A stretch of DNA of 64,000 nt, taken from assembly GCA_035765415.1 (NCBI GenBank), contig DASTXR010000159.1, positions 48-64,047 on the forward strand, given 5' to 3'. Of the stretch, positions 47,793 through 55,823 are shown in pieces. Under the pieces are notes generated by a model. It saw only the letters and a list, made by a program, of their open reading frames with translations. It did not search any database and was not told where the DNA came from. The stretch comes from Steroidobacteraceae bacterium (GTDB taxonomy: Bacteria > Pseudomonadota > Gammaproteobacteria > Steroidobacterales > Steroidobacteraceae). Positions within the stretch are counted from its first letter, which is position 1; each line of letters opens with the position of its first letter. The position numbers were made by a program, and so were the translations under genes.

Positions 47793-49070
47793 TCAAATGA
47801 ATTGTGAATCAACATTCGCCCACCTGGTATCAAGCTCCTTGATCCAAGCTGTTGTTTGTATTGGGCTAAACATCAAGTCGTGCAGGTCATTGGAGAACAC
47901 ACGGCTGCCTTTGTCCGATGCCGCGAAGGCGCTCAGGGCGTCGAGCGCGAGGACGATCTGGGACGCCTCGTCCCTCGTCGGATCCCGCCGCTGAATACAT
48001 CGCGAGAGGCGAACGAGCAGCTTGAGCGCCAAGTCGTAATCCTTCCCGGCGACTATTCGCAGCCGGAAGAAGCTCAACGCGTTCTGCGCCGCCAGTTGTC
48101 CTTGCTCCCAGGTCGTTTCGGGCGAGCCGCGGCCTGGCTCGTCGGTCTTGTAGCGCCATTTCCTGAAATCGCTCATCGCCTTGCTGACGTGGCTCGCGTG
48201 CTCATTGAAGAGTGCCGGCCGCTTTGCCCCGCGTGGAATGTGCTCGCCACGCACGACGATGGCGTCGAGCAACAATGACGCCACCTCATCCATCCACCCT
48301 TCGTAGAAGGGGCAGTCCCGCTCGCATGACGTTCTCTTGACCCCTATGCGCCCCTGGAACGCGTGACACACCAGTTCGTGCGCAATGACATAGGGGATGC
48401 TCAGGAGCGCGCGCCGCTCGAACGACCTTCCATCGAGCTCCAGCGTGACCTTTGACAGACGCCTGCCGGGATGAGGATCGTCATCGAAGTCCGTGAACCC
48501 ACCTACCGCACCCAGGTAGCGGTCCTTGCTTCTCGTCCCTTTCGGATCGCCGCCAACAAAATGCCGTTTGAACTGGACGTCGATCGGCTGATGGACGGCG
48601 GAATCGTCCAGTCCCCACGTCTCGTGGATAGCCTCGATCTGCTCACGAATGTATCCGTAACACTTGTTGATCACTTCGATGCAGAGGCCACGGCTCTCGA
48701 GAAGCTGCGAGTCATACAGGTAAGCGTCCTTGCACGGCTTCAGGCCGCCACCCGCGCACTTCTTGCACAGCTTGTTCGCGACGCGCGCGCGGAGCTGCGC
48801 GAAGAAACGATCGAAAATCGCCACTTCCGTCTGCGATCTCATCAACGAGCGCACCGGCACGACGCGCTCCAGTTGCTGCTGAATGAGCGCCTGAACGGTG
48901 ACGTCGGCAGATTCGAACTCGCCCTCGGCCCCGGAAACGTCCAGGAATGCGCTGCGAACCCTTTCGGCGATTCGCTCTTCTGCCTCGGCGCTTCTGGTCC
49001 CCGGCCGGGGACGCAGCTCCTCGATGGCGATGAGCCGCAGAACGAGTCGCTTGTGATCCGGGAGCGGCAT
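47793..49070 (-). CDS. Putative HExxH zinc metallopeptidase with N-terminal Cys cluster
   Basis: GGAG Shine-Dalgarno. VIAHELVCHAFQG followed 24 aa later by FYEGWMDE (possible third ligand). CKKCAGGGLKPC...C...C cluster. Confidence 0.6.
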   Translation of the reverse strand: MPLPDHKRLVLRLIAIEELRPRPGTRSAEAEERIAERVRSAFLDVSGAEGEFESADVTVQALIQQQLERVVPVRSLMRSQTEVAIFDRFFAQLRARVANKLCKKCAGGGLKPCKDAYLYDSQLLESRGLCIEVINKCYGYIREQIEAIHETWGLDDSAVHQPIDVQFKRHFVGGDPKGTRSKDRYLGAVGGFTDFDDDPHPGRRLSKVTLELDGRSFERRALLSIPYVIAHELVCHAFQGRIGVKRTSCERDCPFYEGWMDEVASLLLDAIVVRGEHIPRGAKRPALFNEHASHVSKAMSDFRKWRYKTDEPGRGSPETTWEQGQLAAQNALSFFRLRIVAGKDYDLALKLLVRLSRCIQRRDPTRDEASQIVLALDALSAFAASDKGSRVFSNDLHDLMFSPIQTTAWIKELDTRWANVDSQFI

Positions 49071-49089
49071 GGTGGCTCCGATTGACTAA

Positions 49090-49431
49090 CTACCGCCTGC
49101 GAACAGCGCCTCTGCCGTACTTGCGTTCCAGCCAGGGAAGCACGATGCGGTCCCAGATGTCGGTGGCCATCTTGACACTGAGTTTTGCCGCCCCGGTGCC
49201 GAGCGCAATCAGGATGGCGGCGGTTACGGGGTCCACGCCCTGCGATCCCTTCGTTTTGAATGGAACCTCGCCGGCCGGGATCTGTTCACGCCGAACGGTC
49301 TCCTGGAGCCAGGCATCGGACTCGAGCCCCTCCTTCCATGCCTTCTCCAGATCTTCCCGGAGTTTCGTTTCGGTCACATCGGCGGGAACCAGGAGTTCGT
49401 AATTGAAGATATCGCCGTCCACCTTGTTCAT
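49090..49431 (-). CDS. 113-aa small protein, EACC1-like layout (acidic/amphipathic N-part, Gly/Ala-rich hydrophobic helix, basic tail)
   Basis: First gene of the operon. DPVTAAILIALGTGAAKLSVKMATDIWDRIVLPWLERK. Confidence 0.5.
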   Translation of the reverse strand: MNKVDGDIFNYELLVPADVTETKLREDLEKAWKEGLESDAWLQETVRREQIPAGEVPFKTKGSQGVDPVTAAILIALGTGAAKLSVKMATDIWDRIVLPWLERKYGRGAVRRR

Positions 49432-49861
49432 ATGATTGTTCTCGGCCTATCTAATGGATTCTTGTTTGATCGATCCTTGAATCGATGCTACCCCGCGCGC
49501 GAAGACGCGTGCAATCGCCCTCACCGGCTTGTTAGCTGTTGCACGCTCCCGAAACCGGCGACCGCAATGCACAACCGCCGCCAGCCGGGCGCTCCCGTAT
49601 ACATCTGTCGCGAGTCGATGGGTTGTTTCGAATTTCGCGGACTATTTCGCCGGGGACGCGCACCGCCCTGGAGCATGCATTGAAGTTCATGCGAGTAGCC
49701 CTGAGCGGCGCCTGCAGTAGAGAGGAGGTATGGTGTTACCCGCATCGCCTCGAGCGCTTCGCCGATCGCCCGGTCATCGTCACCACTGACAGGGATGTTG
49801 CAACTTTCCGGCGATCCGTCGCGTCTGATGTTTCGCACCGCAACGTGATTCCGGGAAACTC

Positions 49862-50857
49862 ATGAATCCACGCCTTCGCGCCGTGGCCTTTTGCCTGTTC
49901 GCTGCCTGCTGCTCCGTCGCTTTCGGACAGGCTGGCAAATTCCGCGAGGCCGCCGAATCGATCAACCAGACCATTCGCGCCAATCACTACCGCCCCGCCG
50001 AACTCGACAGCAACGCGTATCGGCTCATCGAAGCGGATGTGCTCGCGCTCGGCGAGAAATCCACCTCGGCCAGCGAGTTCATGAACGGCTTCAACGCGCT
50101 CTGGCGCAACGGACCCTTTTCCCATGTAGCACTGCGAAAGGCGGAGGAGTCGGCAGCGGATCGAATCCAGCGAATCGACACCGAGCCTGCCGGCAAAGGC
50201 GCGGTGGCGCTCACGTGGAACGGATCCGCCGCCATCCTGACGGTCACGACGATGAACGGCGCCGACACCATCGAGGCGATCGACGCCGCCTATGTGGAGA
50301 TCGTCGCGCGCAAGGCTCAAAAACTGATCATCGATCTGCGGCGCAACGGAGGTGGTGCATTTGCCGTGGTGCCCCTGGTCGGACATCTCATCGACAAACC
50401 CTTCGATGCCGGCGTCTTCGTCGTCGGGACGTGGTATGCGAATCATCAGCAACCGCCCGGGCGCGACGATCTTGCATCCGCCACGCCGTGGCGCGGATAT
50501 TCGGTGAAAGCCTTCCAGGCCGATGTGCTGACGCGACCGCTGACTAGCTATCGCATCGATCCGTTGAAGCCTCGCTTCGAGGGCCCGGTCGTCGTGCTCA
50601 CCAGCAGCCGCTCGTTCAGCGCCGCGGAAATCGCCGCCGACGCGTTGAAGTCGACGGGCCTTGCCAGGATCGTCGGCGAAAAGACCCCGGGCGCCGTGTT
50701 GTCGTCGAAGCTGTTCGATATCCCGGGCGGCTTTCATCTGCGTGTGCCGATCGCCGACTACTACTCCATCAAAGGTGGGCGCCTGGAAGGCGTTGGCGTG
50801 ACACCGGACATCCCCGCCAGCGCCGAACAATCGCTCGCGGTCGCGCTTGGGCTGTAG
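49862..50857 (+). CDS. S41-family (C-terminal-processing-type) serine peptidase, secreted
   Basis: Signal peptide. LIIDLRRNGGG. SSRSFSAAEIAADAL catalytic Ser region. Confidence 0.75.
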   Translation: MNPRLRAVAFCLFAACCSVAFGQAGKFREAAESINQTIRANHYRPAELDSNAYRLIEADVLALGEKSTSASEFMNGFNALWRNGPFSHVALRKAEESAADRIQRIDTEPAGKGAVALTWNGSAAILTVTTMNGADTIEAIDAAYVEIVARKAQKLIIDLRRNGGGAFAVVPLVGHLIDKPFDAGVFVVGTWYANHQQPPGRDDLASATPWRGYSVKAFQADVLTRPLTSYRIDPLKPRFEGPVVVLTSSRSFSAAEIAADALKSTGLARIVGEKTPGAVLSSKLFDIPGGFHLRVPIADYYSIKGGRLEGVGVTPDIPASAEQSLAVALGL

Positions 50858-50962
50858 TTTTCCGCGCTCGTGAGCGGCCTGCCCGCGCTGGTTCGAAAGG
50901 AATCGGCCGGGAGAAAACCGCGCTCTAAGGTGTGAGCCTCGTCAAACACCCAGGAGCAGTCC

Positions 50963-51778
50963 ATGCGCAAGTCCACCAGTTTTCTCACGCTCGCCTGTCT
51001 CGCGGCCGCGGGCACGTTCGCGGCCTCCGATCGGGAACACGAGACGCTCGCCCGTGCACGCCAGCTGCAAATGCAATTCCGCGAGGGGAACCTGCAGGTT
51101 GTTGGGCCGCTCGTGAAGGACCTCGAGTCCGCGGTCGCGCGATCTCCCGGCAATGCCGACCTGTGGGAAGCTCTCGGCAATGCCTACATGTCGCAGCAAG
51201 GGTCCATGTATGCGTCGAAGCCGGATCCGGCCGCGTTGATTGCCGTGGGCACACGCGCGCGCGACGCCTATGCGCGCGCGCTCGCCATGGACCCCGAGAA
51301 CGCATTGCTGATGGCCAGTCATGGAATGGCGGGAATGTCGATCGCCAGTCTCGGGCAGGATGGGCCAGGCCTCATGAGCTCGGTCGAGGAAATGAACGCC
51401 GCCGTGCGCCGGGCGCCCAATTCCACGCCGGTACGGTTGACGCGCGGGTTCACGATCATTCACCTTCCCGTCGCCATGCGCGACACCACAGCAGTGACGG
51501 ACGATTTGAAGTTCGTGCTGCAGACCGCGCCCGGCGGGCGCCCCGAGGATGTCCTGCACGTGCTGCTCGGAGACGTGTACGCCGAAACCGGCGCGCTCGA
51601 AGACGCGCGTCGCGAATATGCACAGGTGAGCGGCGCCTCCCGTTTCGCGGCGGATCAGGCGAAGTCGCGGCTGGTCGATCTCGAGAAAGGCGCGGTGCCG
51701 CCCGCCTCCATCCGCATGGTGCGCTCGGGCACGGGCACCCGGTGCGCGATGTGTCACACGCCCGGCTCCGACAGCTGA
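50963..51778 (+). CDS. Secreted TPR-like hypothetical protein
   Basis: Signal peptide. Helical repeats (ADLWEALGNAYMSQ, ARDAYARALAMDPEN). The stop lies 1 nt before the kinase start. Confidence 0.55.
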   Translation: MRKSTSFLTLACLAAAGTFAASDREHETLARARQLQMQFREGNLQVVGPLVKDLESAVARSPGNADLWEALGNAYMSQQGSMYASKPDPAALIAVGTRARDAYARALAMDPENALLMASHGMAGMSIASLGQDGPGLMSSVEEMNAAVRRAPNSTPVRLTRGFTIIHLPVAMRDTTAVTDDLKFVLQTAPGGRPEDVLHVLLGDVYAETGALEDARREYAQVSGASRFAADQAKSRLVDLEKGAVPPASIRMVRSGTGTRCAMCHTPGSDS

Positions 51779-51779
51779 C

Positions 51780-53624
51780 ATGCCCATCGATCTCAACCAT
51801 GCCGCGTTTCACGCCATCGGATTTGCAGCGAGTGCCGCGCTCTGTGCACTGCTGTGGATCATGCAGCGTCGCGTCGATCGAACTACCGGCGGACCCAGTG
51901 GATACCAGATCCTCTGGGCCGTCGGTTTCGTCTGGACGCTCGGCAACTTCCTGCGGTACTCGCTGCTGCTGGCAGGCGTGAGCGCGGCCGCCACGAGCTT
52001 CCGCCTTGCCGGGATGCTGGCATGGAGCAGCACGATACTGGGGCCGATGGCGATCGGCCGATTTCTTCAGGCGGGGATCGGGACCACGAGTCGAGTGTCG
52101 CGCGCGATCCTGATGTTCAGCGGCGCAGTCTCACTGGTGAATTTCGGCCTGATGACCTACGCGGCAGCAACCCACTCGCTCGATCTCGACGCAAGCTGGT
52201 ATCCGAAGACATCGTTCTACCTCGCGCTGGTCGTGACCGCCATTGCGCTGATTCTCTATCGGATGCTTCGCCATGAACCCGATTCGGCAGCCAGGCCATC
52301 GAAGCCTCGCTGGTTCGGCCGCGGCGTCTTCCTGCTCGCCGCGGTGCAGGTGACGGCCACACTGCTCAGCATGCAGGACTCGTGGTTGCCTGCCGAATCG
52401 CGCGACGCCGTGGGTCTCATCAGCAAACACTGGGCAATCCCCTGGTCGATACTCATCGCCGTTTCGCTGGCGCAGATTCACCACGCCGATCTCGTGCTCA
52501 AGCGAAGCCTGTGGCTGCTCGCCAGCATGGCGACCGCGGCCCTGGCCACCGTGTTCGTATTTGAGCCCGCGCCAGGATTGGCGATGGTCGCGTCCACTCT
52601 CTTGTGCGCGGCCCTGCTGCTAGGCGCACCACTGCTCATCCGCGCGCTGAATTTTCTCGTCGACCGTATATTTCTGCATCGCCCCGACTACCGCGTGGCA
52701 GCGCGAACCTTCGAAGAGGCGGTACGCCGTATCTACGACCAGGAACAGCTCTTCGATACCGCCGTGCAGACGGTGCGATCCGCGCTGCACCTCGAGGCCC
52801 GGTTCGTTGCAGCCCCGGCGGTCGCGCTCGCCTCCATCTCGATCGAGACCGCGAACCTCCCGGGGCTTCGCCTCGAAGTCTCGGCCAGCCACCATGCGCG
52901 TACGCTGATGCAGCAGGAATTCGAATTCCTGAATGCCATCGGCGCGCACGTGGGTCGCCGGCTGGACGCCATTCACTTTGAAAAGGAGCAGCGCGCGCAC
53001 CACCTGCGCGAGGAGAAACTCAAACGCCTGTTGACCGAGGCTGAGCTGAAGGCGCTGCGTACCCAGGTCGATCCGCATTTCCTGTTCAATACGCTGAACA
53101 CCATCGCGGACCTGGTCAGCTCCAATCCGCAACAGGCCGAAGGCATGATCGAACGGCTCGCCGAATGTTTCCGCTACGCGCTGACCAGGCATTCCCGCGA
53201 CCTGTCGACGTTGGACGACGAGCTCGAATTCGCCCGGCACTACCTCGAGATCGAACGCGTGAGATTCGGTGAACGGCTGCGCATCGAACTGTCGCGCGGC
53301 AACGCGCGCGGAACCGAACCCGTGCCTTCGCTGCTGCTCCAGCCGCTGCTCGAGAACGCCATCCGGCACGGGCTCTCGCCCATGCGTGAAGGCGGCTCCA
53401 TCCGGGTCGTAGCGCATCTCGAGGGCGACTACCTGCGCCTGCAGATCGATGACGATGGCGTTGGTCTGCGGGCGGATTTCGCCGAGAAACCGGGAGTCGG
53501 GCTGCAGAATGTGAAAGAGCGTTTGCATACCCTGTACTCCAGGGCTGCCAGCCTGGGCGTTGGCAGCCGTCCGGGCGAACGCGGGACCTCCGTAACCATC
53601 CTGGTGCCGCTGCATGGAAATTAG
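51780..53624 (+). CDS. LytS/YehU-type sensor histidine kinase with polytopic N-terminal sensor
   Basis: QVDPHFLFNTLNTIADLV (His_kinase PF06580-type H box). LLLQPLLENAIRHG N box. About 7 TM helices. Confidence 0.85.
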   Translation: MPIDLNHAAFHAIGFAASAALCALLWIMQRRVDRTTGGPSGYQILWAVGFVWTLGNFLRYSLLLAGVSAAATSFRLAGMLAWSSTILGPMAIGRFLQAGIGTTSRVSRAILMFSGAVSLVNFGLMTYAAATHSLDLDASWYPKTSFYLALVVTAIALILYRMLRHEPDSAARPSKPRWFGRGVFLLAAVQVTATLLSMQDSWLPAESRDAVGLISKHWAIPWSILIAVSLAQIHHADLVLKRSLWLLASMATAALATVFVFEPAPGLAMVASTLLCAALLLGAPLLIRALNFLVDRIFLHRPDYRVAARTFEEAVRRIYDQEQLFDTAVQTVRSALHLEARFVAAPAVALASISIETANLPGLRLEVSASHHARTLMQQEFEFLNAIGAHVGRRLDAIHFEKEQRAHHLREEKLKRLLTEAELKALRTQVDPHFLFNTLNTIADLVSSNPQQAEGMIERLAECFRYALTRHSRDLSTLDDELEFARHYLEIERVRFGERLRIELSRGNARGTEPVPSLLLQPLLENAIRHGLSPMREGGSIRVVAHLEGDYLRLQIDDDGVGLRADFAEKPGVGLQNVKERLHTLYSRAASLGVGSRPGERGTSVTILVPLHGN

Positions 53625-54375
53625 AGCGCTGATTGCCGACGACGAGGCCTCGGCGAGATCACGCCTGCGCAAACTTCTCGCGGCGCATCCCGGCATCGTG
53701 GTCGAAGCCGATGCTCACGATGGCGTGGCAACCCTGGAAGCAATCCGCAAACATCGTCCCGCGGTCGTGTTCCTCGACGTGCAGATGCCGGGACTCAATG
53801 GCTTCGAAGTCATCCAGGCATTGACGCCGGAAGAGCTGCCGCTGGTCGTCTTCGTGACCGCTTACGACGAATACGCCCTGGCGGCCTTCGAAGCCAACGC
53901 CGTGGCATACCTGCTCAAGCCCGTGGAGCGTTCACGCCTGCAGGCGGTCGTGCAACGGCTCGAGCAGATCGCCCGCACGCCGGGCGAAGCATCGCAGGAG
54001 CAGGTCCGCACGCAGGTCGTTGCGCGGTCCCGGCCCCAGCCGCTGCATCATGTGCTGGCACTGCAGCGGGACGGCTACCTGCTGATTCCATTGGCCGACG
54101 TGTGTTTCTTTCGCGTCGAAGACGGCGTCACGCGCGTGAAAACCGCCACCGCGGTGTATCGCACGCACTACGCGATCGGCGACCTCGAATCCCGATTGCC
54201 GAGTCCGCCGTTCTTCCGCGCCCACCGCTCCGTCATCGCCAACCTCGACATGGTGGCGACGATCAGCCCGATGTTCAAAGGCTCGCTGCAGCTCACGATG
54301 AAGGACGCGGCGGGCAGCGAAATCCAGGTCAGCGAACGGCAAGCGAAGGCCGTGCGGGAGATTTTGCAGATCTGA
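53614..54375 (+). CDS. LytTR-family response regulator
   Basis: The receiver domain (ALIADDE...VFLDVQMPGLNGFE) is followed by a LytTR DNA-binding domain. Overlaps the kinase stop. Confidence 0.85.
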   Translation: MEIRALIADDEASARSRLRKLLAAHPGIVVEADAHDGVATLEAIRKHRPAVVFLDVQMPGLNGFEVIQALTPEELPLVVFVTAYDEYALAAFEANAVAYLLKPVERSRLQAVVQRLEQIARTPGEASQEQVRTQVVARSRPQPLHHVLALQRDGYLLIPLADVCFFRVEDGVTRVKTATAVYRTHYAIGDLESRLPSPPFFRAHRSVIANLDMVATISPMFKGSLQLTMKDAAGSEIQVSERQAKAVREILQI

Positions 54376-54477
54376 GGCTTTCCTTTGTAAACCCGTAGCT
54401 ATTCCGTAGCTCTTCCTGAGGACTCCTCTGCCGCTTCCCGGCTGAAGTGACGCCAGGCAAACAAGAGGTCTACGGTC

Positions 54478-55023
54478 ATGAACAACAAGGGATTAGTCGC
54501 TTTTCTTCTGCTTTCCGGCGTCGCGCTGGCAGGCGACCAGGGTCAGGGAGTCAGCCAGCACAAACAGCACACGGGCGATTTCGTTCGCGTGGTCCGCGAC
54601 GCCACGCGGCGCTTTCACGACGTCAACCAGGCCATGGCGGAGGGCTACCAGCTGGCCTTCGGTTGCGTCAGCGGGCCCGATGACGGCGCGATGGGATTGC
54701 ACTACGTCAACATGGACCTGGTCGGCGACGGCGTGCTGGATCCGCGCAAGCCCGAGATCGTCATCTACGAGCCGCTGCCGAACGGCGGCCGCCGGCTGAT
54801 CGGCGCGGATTACCTGGTGTTCGTCGACGCCTGGCATGCCAACAATGCCGGCACACCGGAGCTCGGCGGGCAGCTCATGCACCTGTTCGAAAGCCCGAAC
54901 CGCTTCGGCCTGCCCGCCTTCTACACGCTGCACGTGTGGGCGTGGAAACCGAATCCGACCGGCGCGTTCGTGAACTGGCATTCCGACGTGTCCTGCGAAC
55001 AGTTCAACGGCGCGCAGGATTGA
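54478..55023 (+). CDS. Secreted hypothetical protein
   Basis: Signal peptide LLLSGVALA-GD. 181 aa. No motif I recognise. Confidence 0.5.
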   Translation: MNNKGLVAFLLLSGVALAGDQGQGVSQHKQHTGDFVRVVRDATRRFHDVNQAMAEGYQLAFGCVSGPDDGAMGLHYVNMDLVGDGVLDPRKPEIVIYEPLPNGGRRLIGADYLVFVDAWHANNAGTPELGGQLMHLFESPNRFGLPAFYTLHVWAWKPNPTGAFVNWHSDVSCEQFNGAQD

Positions 55024-55025
55024 TC

Positions 55026-55823
55026 ATGTCCACTATCTACCGCACCGCGGCCTTTCTGTTCAGCATAGTCAGCTACGGCGTCTTCCTGCTGGTGTTCCTC
55101 TACCTGCTCGCCTTCCTCGGCAACCTGCAAGCGACACCGCTCGCGGATTCCCTGCCGATGATCCGCGCGCTGGTCCCGGCATCCGTCGATCTCGGGCGCG
55201 ACATGGGTTCACTGGGAACCGCGTTGCTGGTGGATATCGGCCTGATCCTGCTCTTCGGCGTGCAGCATTCCGTGATGGCGCGGCCCGGGTTCAAACGGAT
55301 GTGGACCCGGGCCGTGCCGAAGGAACTGGAACGCAGCATCTACGTGCTCATCGCGAGCGCGGTGCTGGCGCTCGTCATGTGGCAGTGGCGACCCATCCCG
55401 ACTCCCGTGCTGTGGCACGCGGACGCGGCGTGGAGCGCCGCCCTCGCCTGGTCCGTCATGGGCGCAGGCGTGGCGGTGCTGCTGTGGGCGACGTTCCTCA
55501 TCAATCATTTCGAACTGTTCGGCCTCCAGCAGGGCTGGATCACGCTGCGCGGCGGCGAGATTCGCGGCCCCGCGTTCGTCACGCCCTATCTATACAAGAT
55601 CGTGCGTCATCCGCTGTACGTGGGGTGGCTGCTGATCTTCTGGGGGGTGCCGACCATGACGGCCGGTCATTTCGTGTTCTCGGCAGGCATGAGCGCTTAC
55701 ATCCTGCTGGCCATTCGCTTTGAAGAACGCGATCTCGTGCAGCAGATCGGCGAGCCGTACCAGCGATACCGGCAGCAGGTGCCGGCGCTGGTGCCGCATC
55801 CCGGCCGGCGATTCAGTGGTTAG
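55026..55823 (+). CDS. Membrane methyltransferase of the ICMT/NnrU/MddA-like family
   Basis: Track ORF trimmed to the ATG at 55026. HSVMARPGFKRMW, NHFELFGLQQ, YKIVRHPLYVGWLLIFW and FEERDL motifs. Confidence 0.7.
   Translation: MSTIYRTAAFLFSIVSYGVFLLVFLYLLAFLGNLQATPLADSLPMIRALVPASVDLGRDMGSLGTALLVDIGLILLFGVQHSVMARPGFKRMWTRAVPKELERSIYVLIASAVLALVMWQWRPIPTPVLWHADAAWSAALAWSVMGAGVAVLLWATFLINHFELFGLQQGWITLRGGEIRGPAFVTPYLYKIVRHPLYVGWLLIFWGVPTMTAGHFVFSAGMSAYILLAIRFEERDLVQQIGEPYQRYRQQVPALVPHPGRRFSG

Noticed and set aside
49736-50830. 364-aa minus-strand ORF overlapping the S41 peptidase gene
   Set aside because: The S41 frame carries the signal peptide and the catalytic motifs, whereas the antisense ORF is Arg/Gly/Asp-rich with no features.
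51743-51757. CxxCH (CAMCH) haem-c attachment motif at the extreme C-terminus of the secreted TPR-like protein
   Set aside because: It lies only 6 residues from the stop, with no cytochrome fold or distal ligand context, and is likely fortuitous. Worth a glance only if homologues conserve it.
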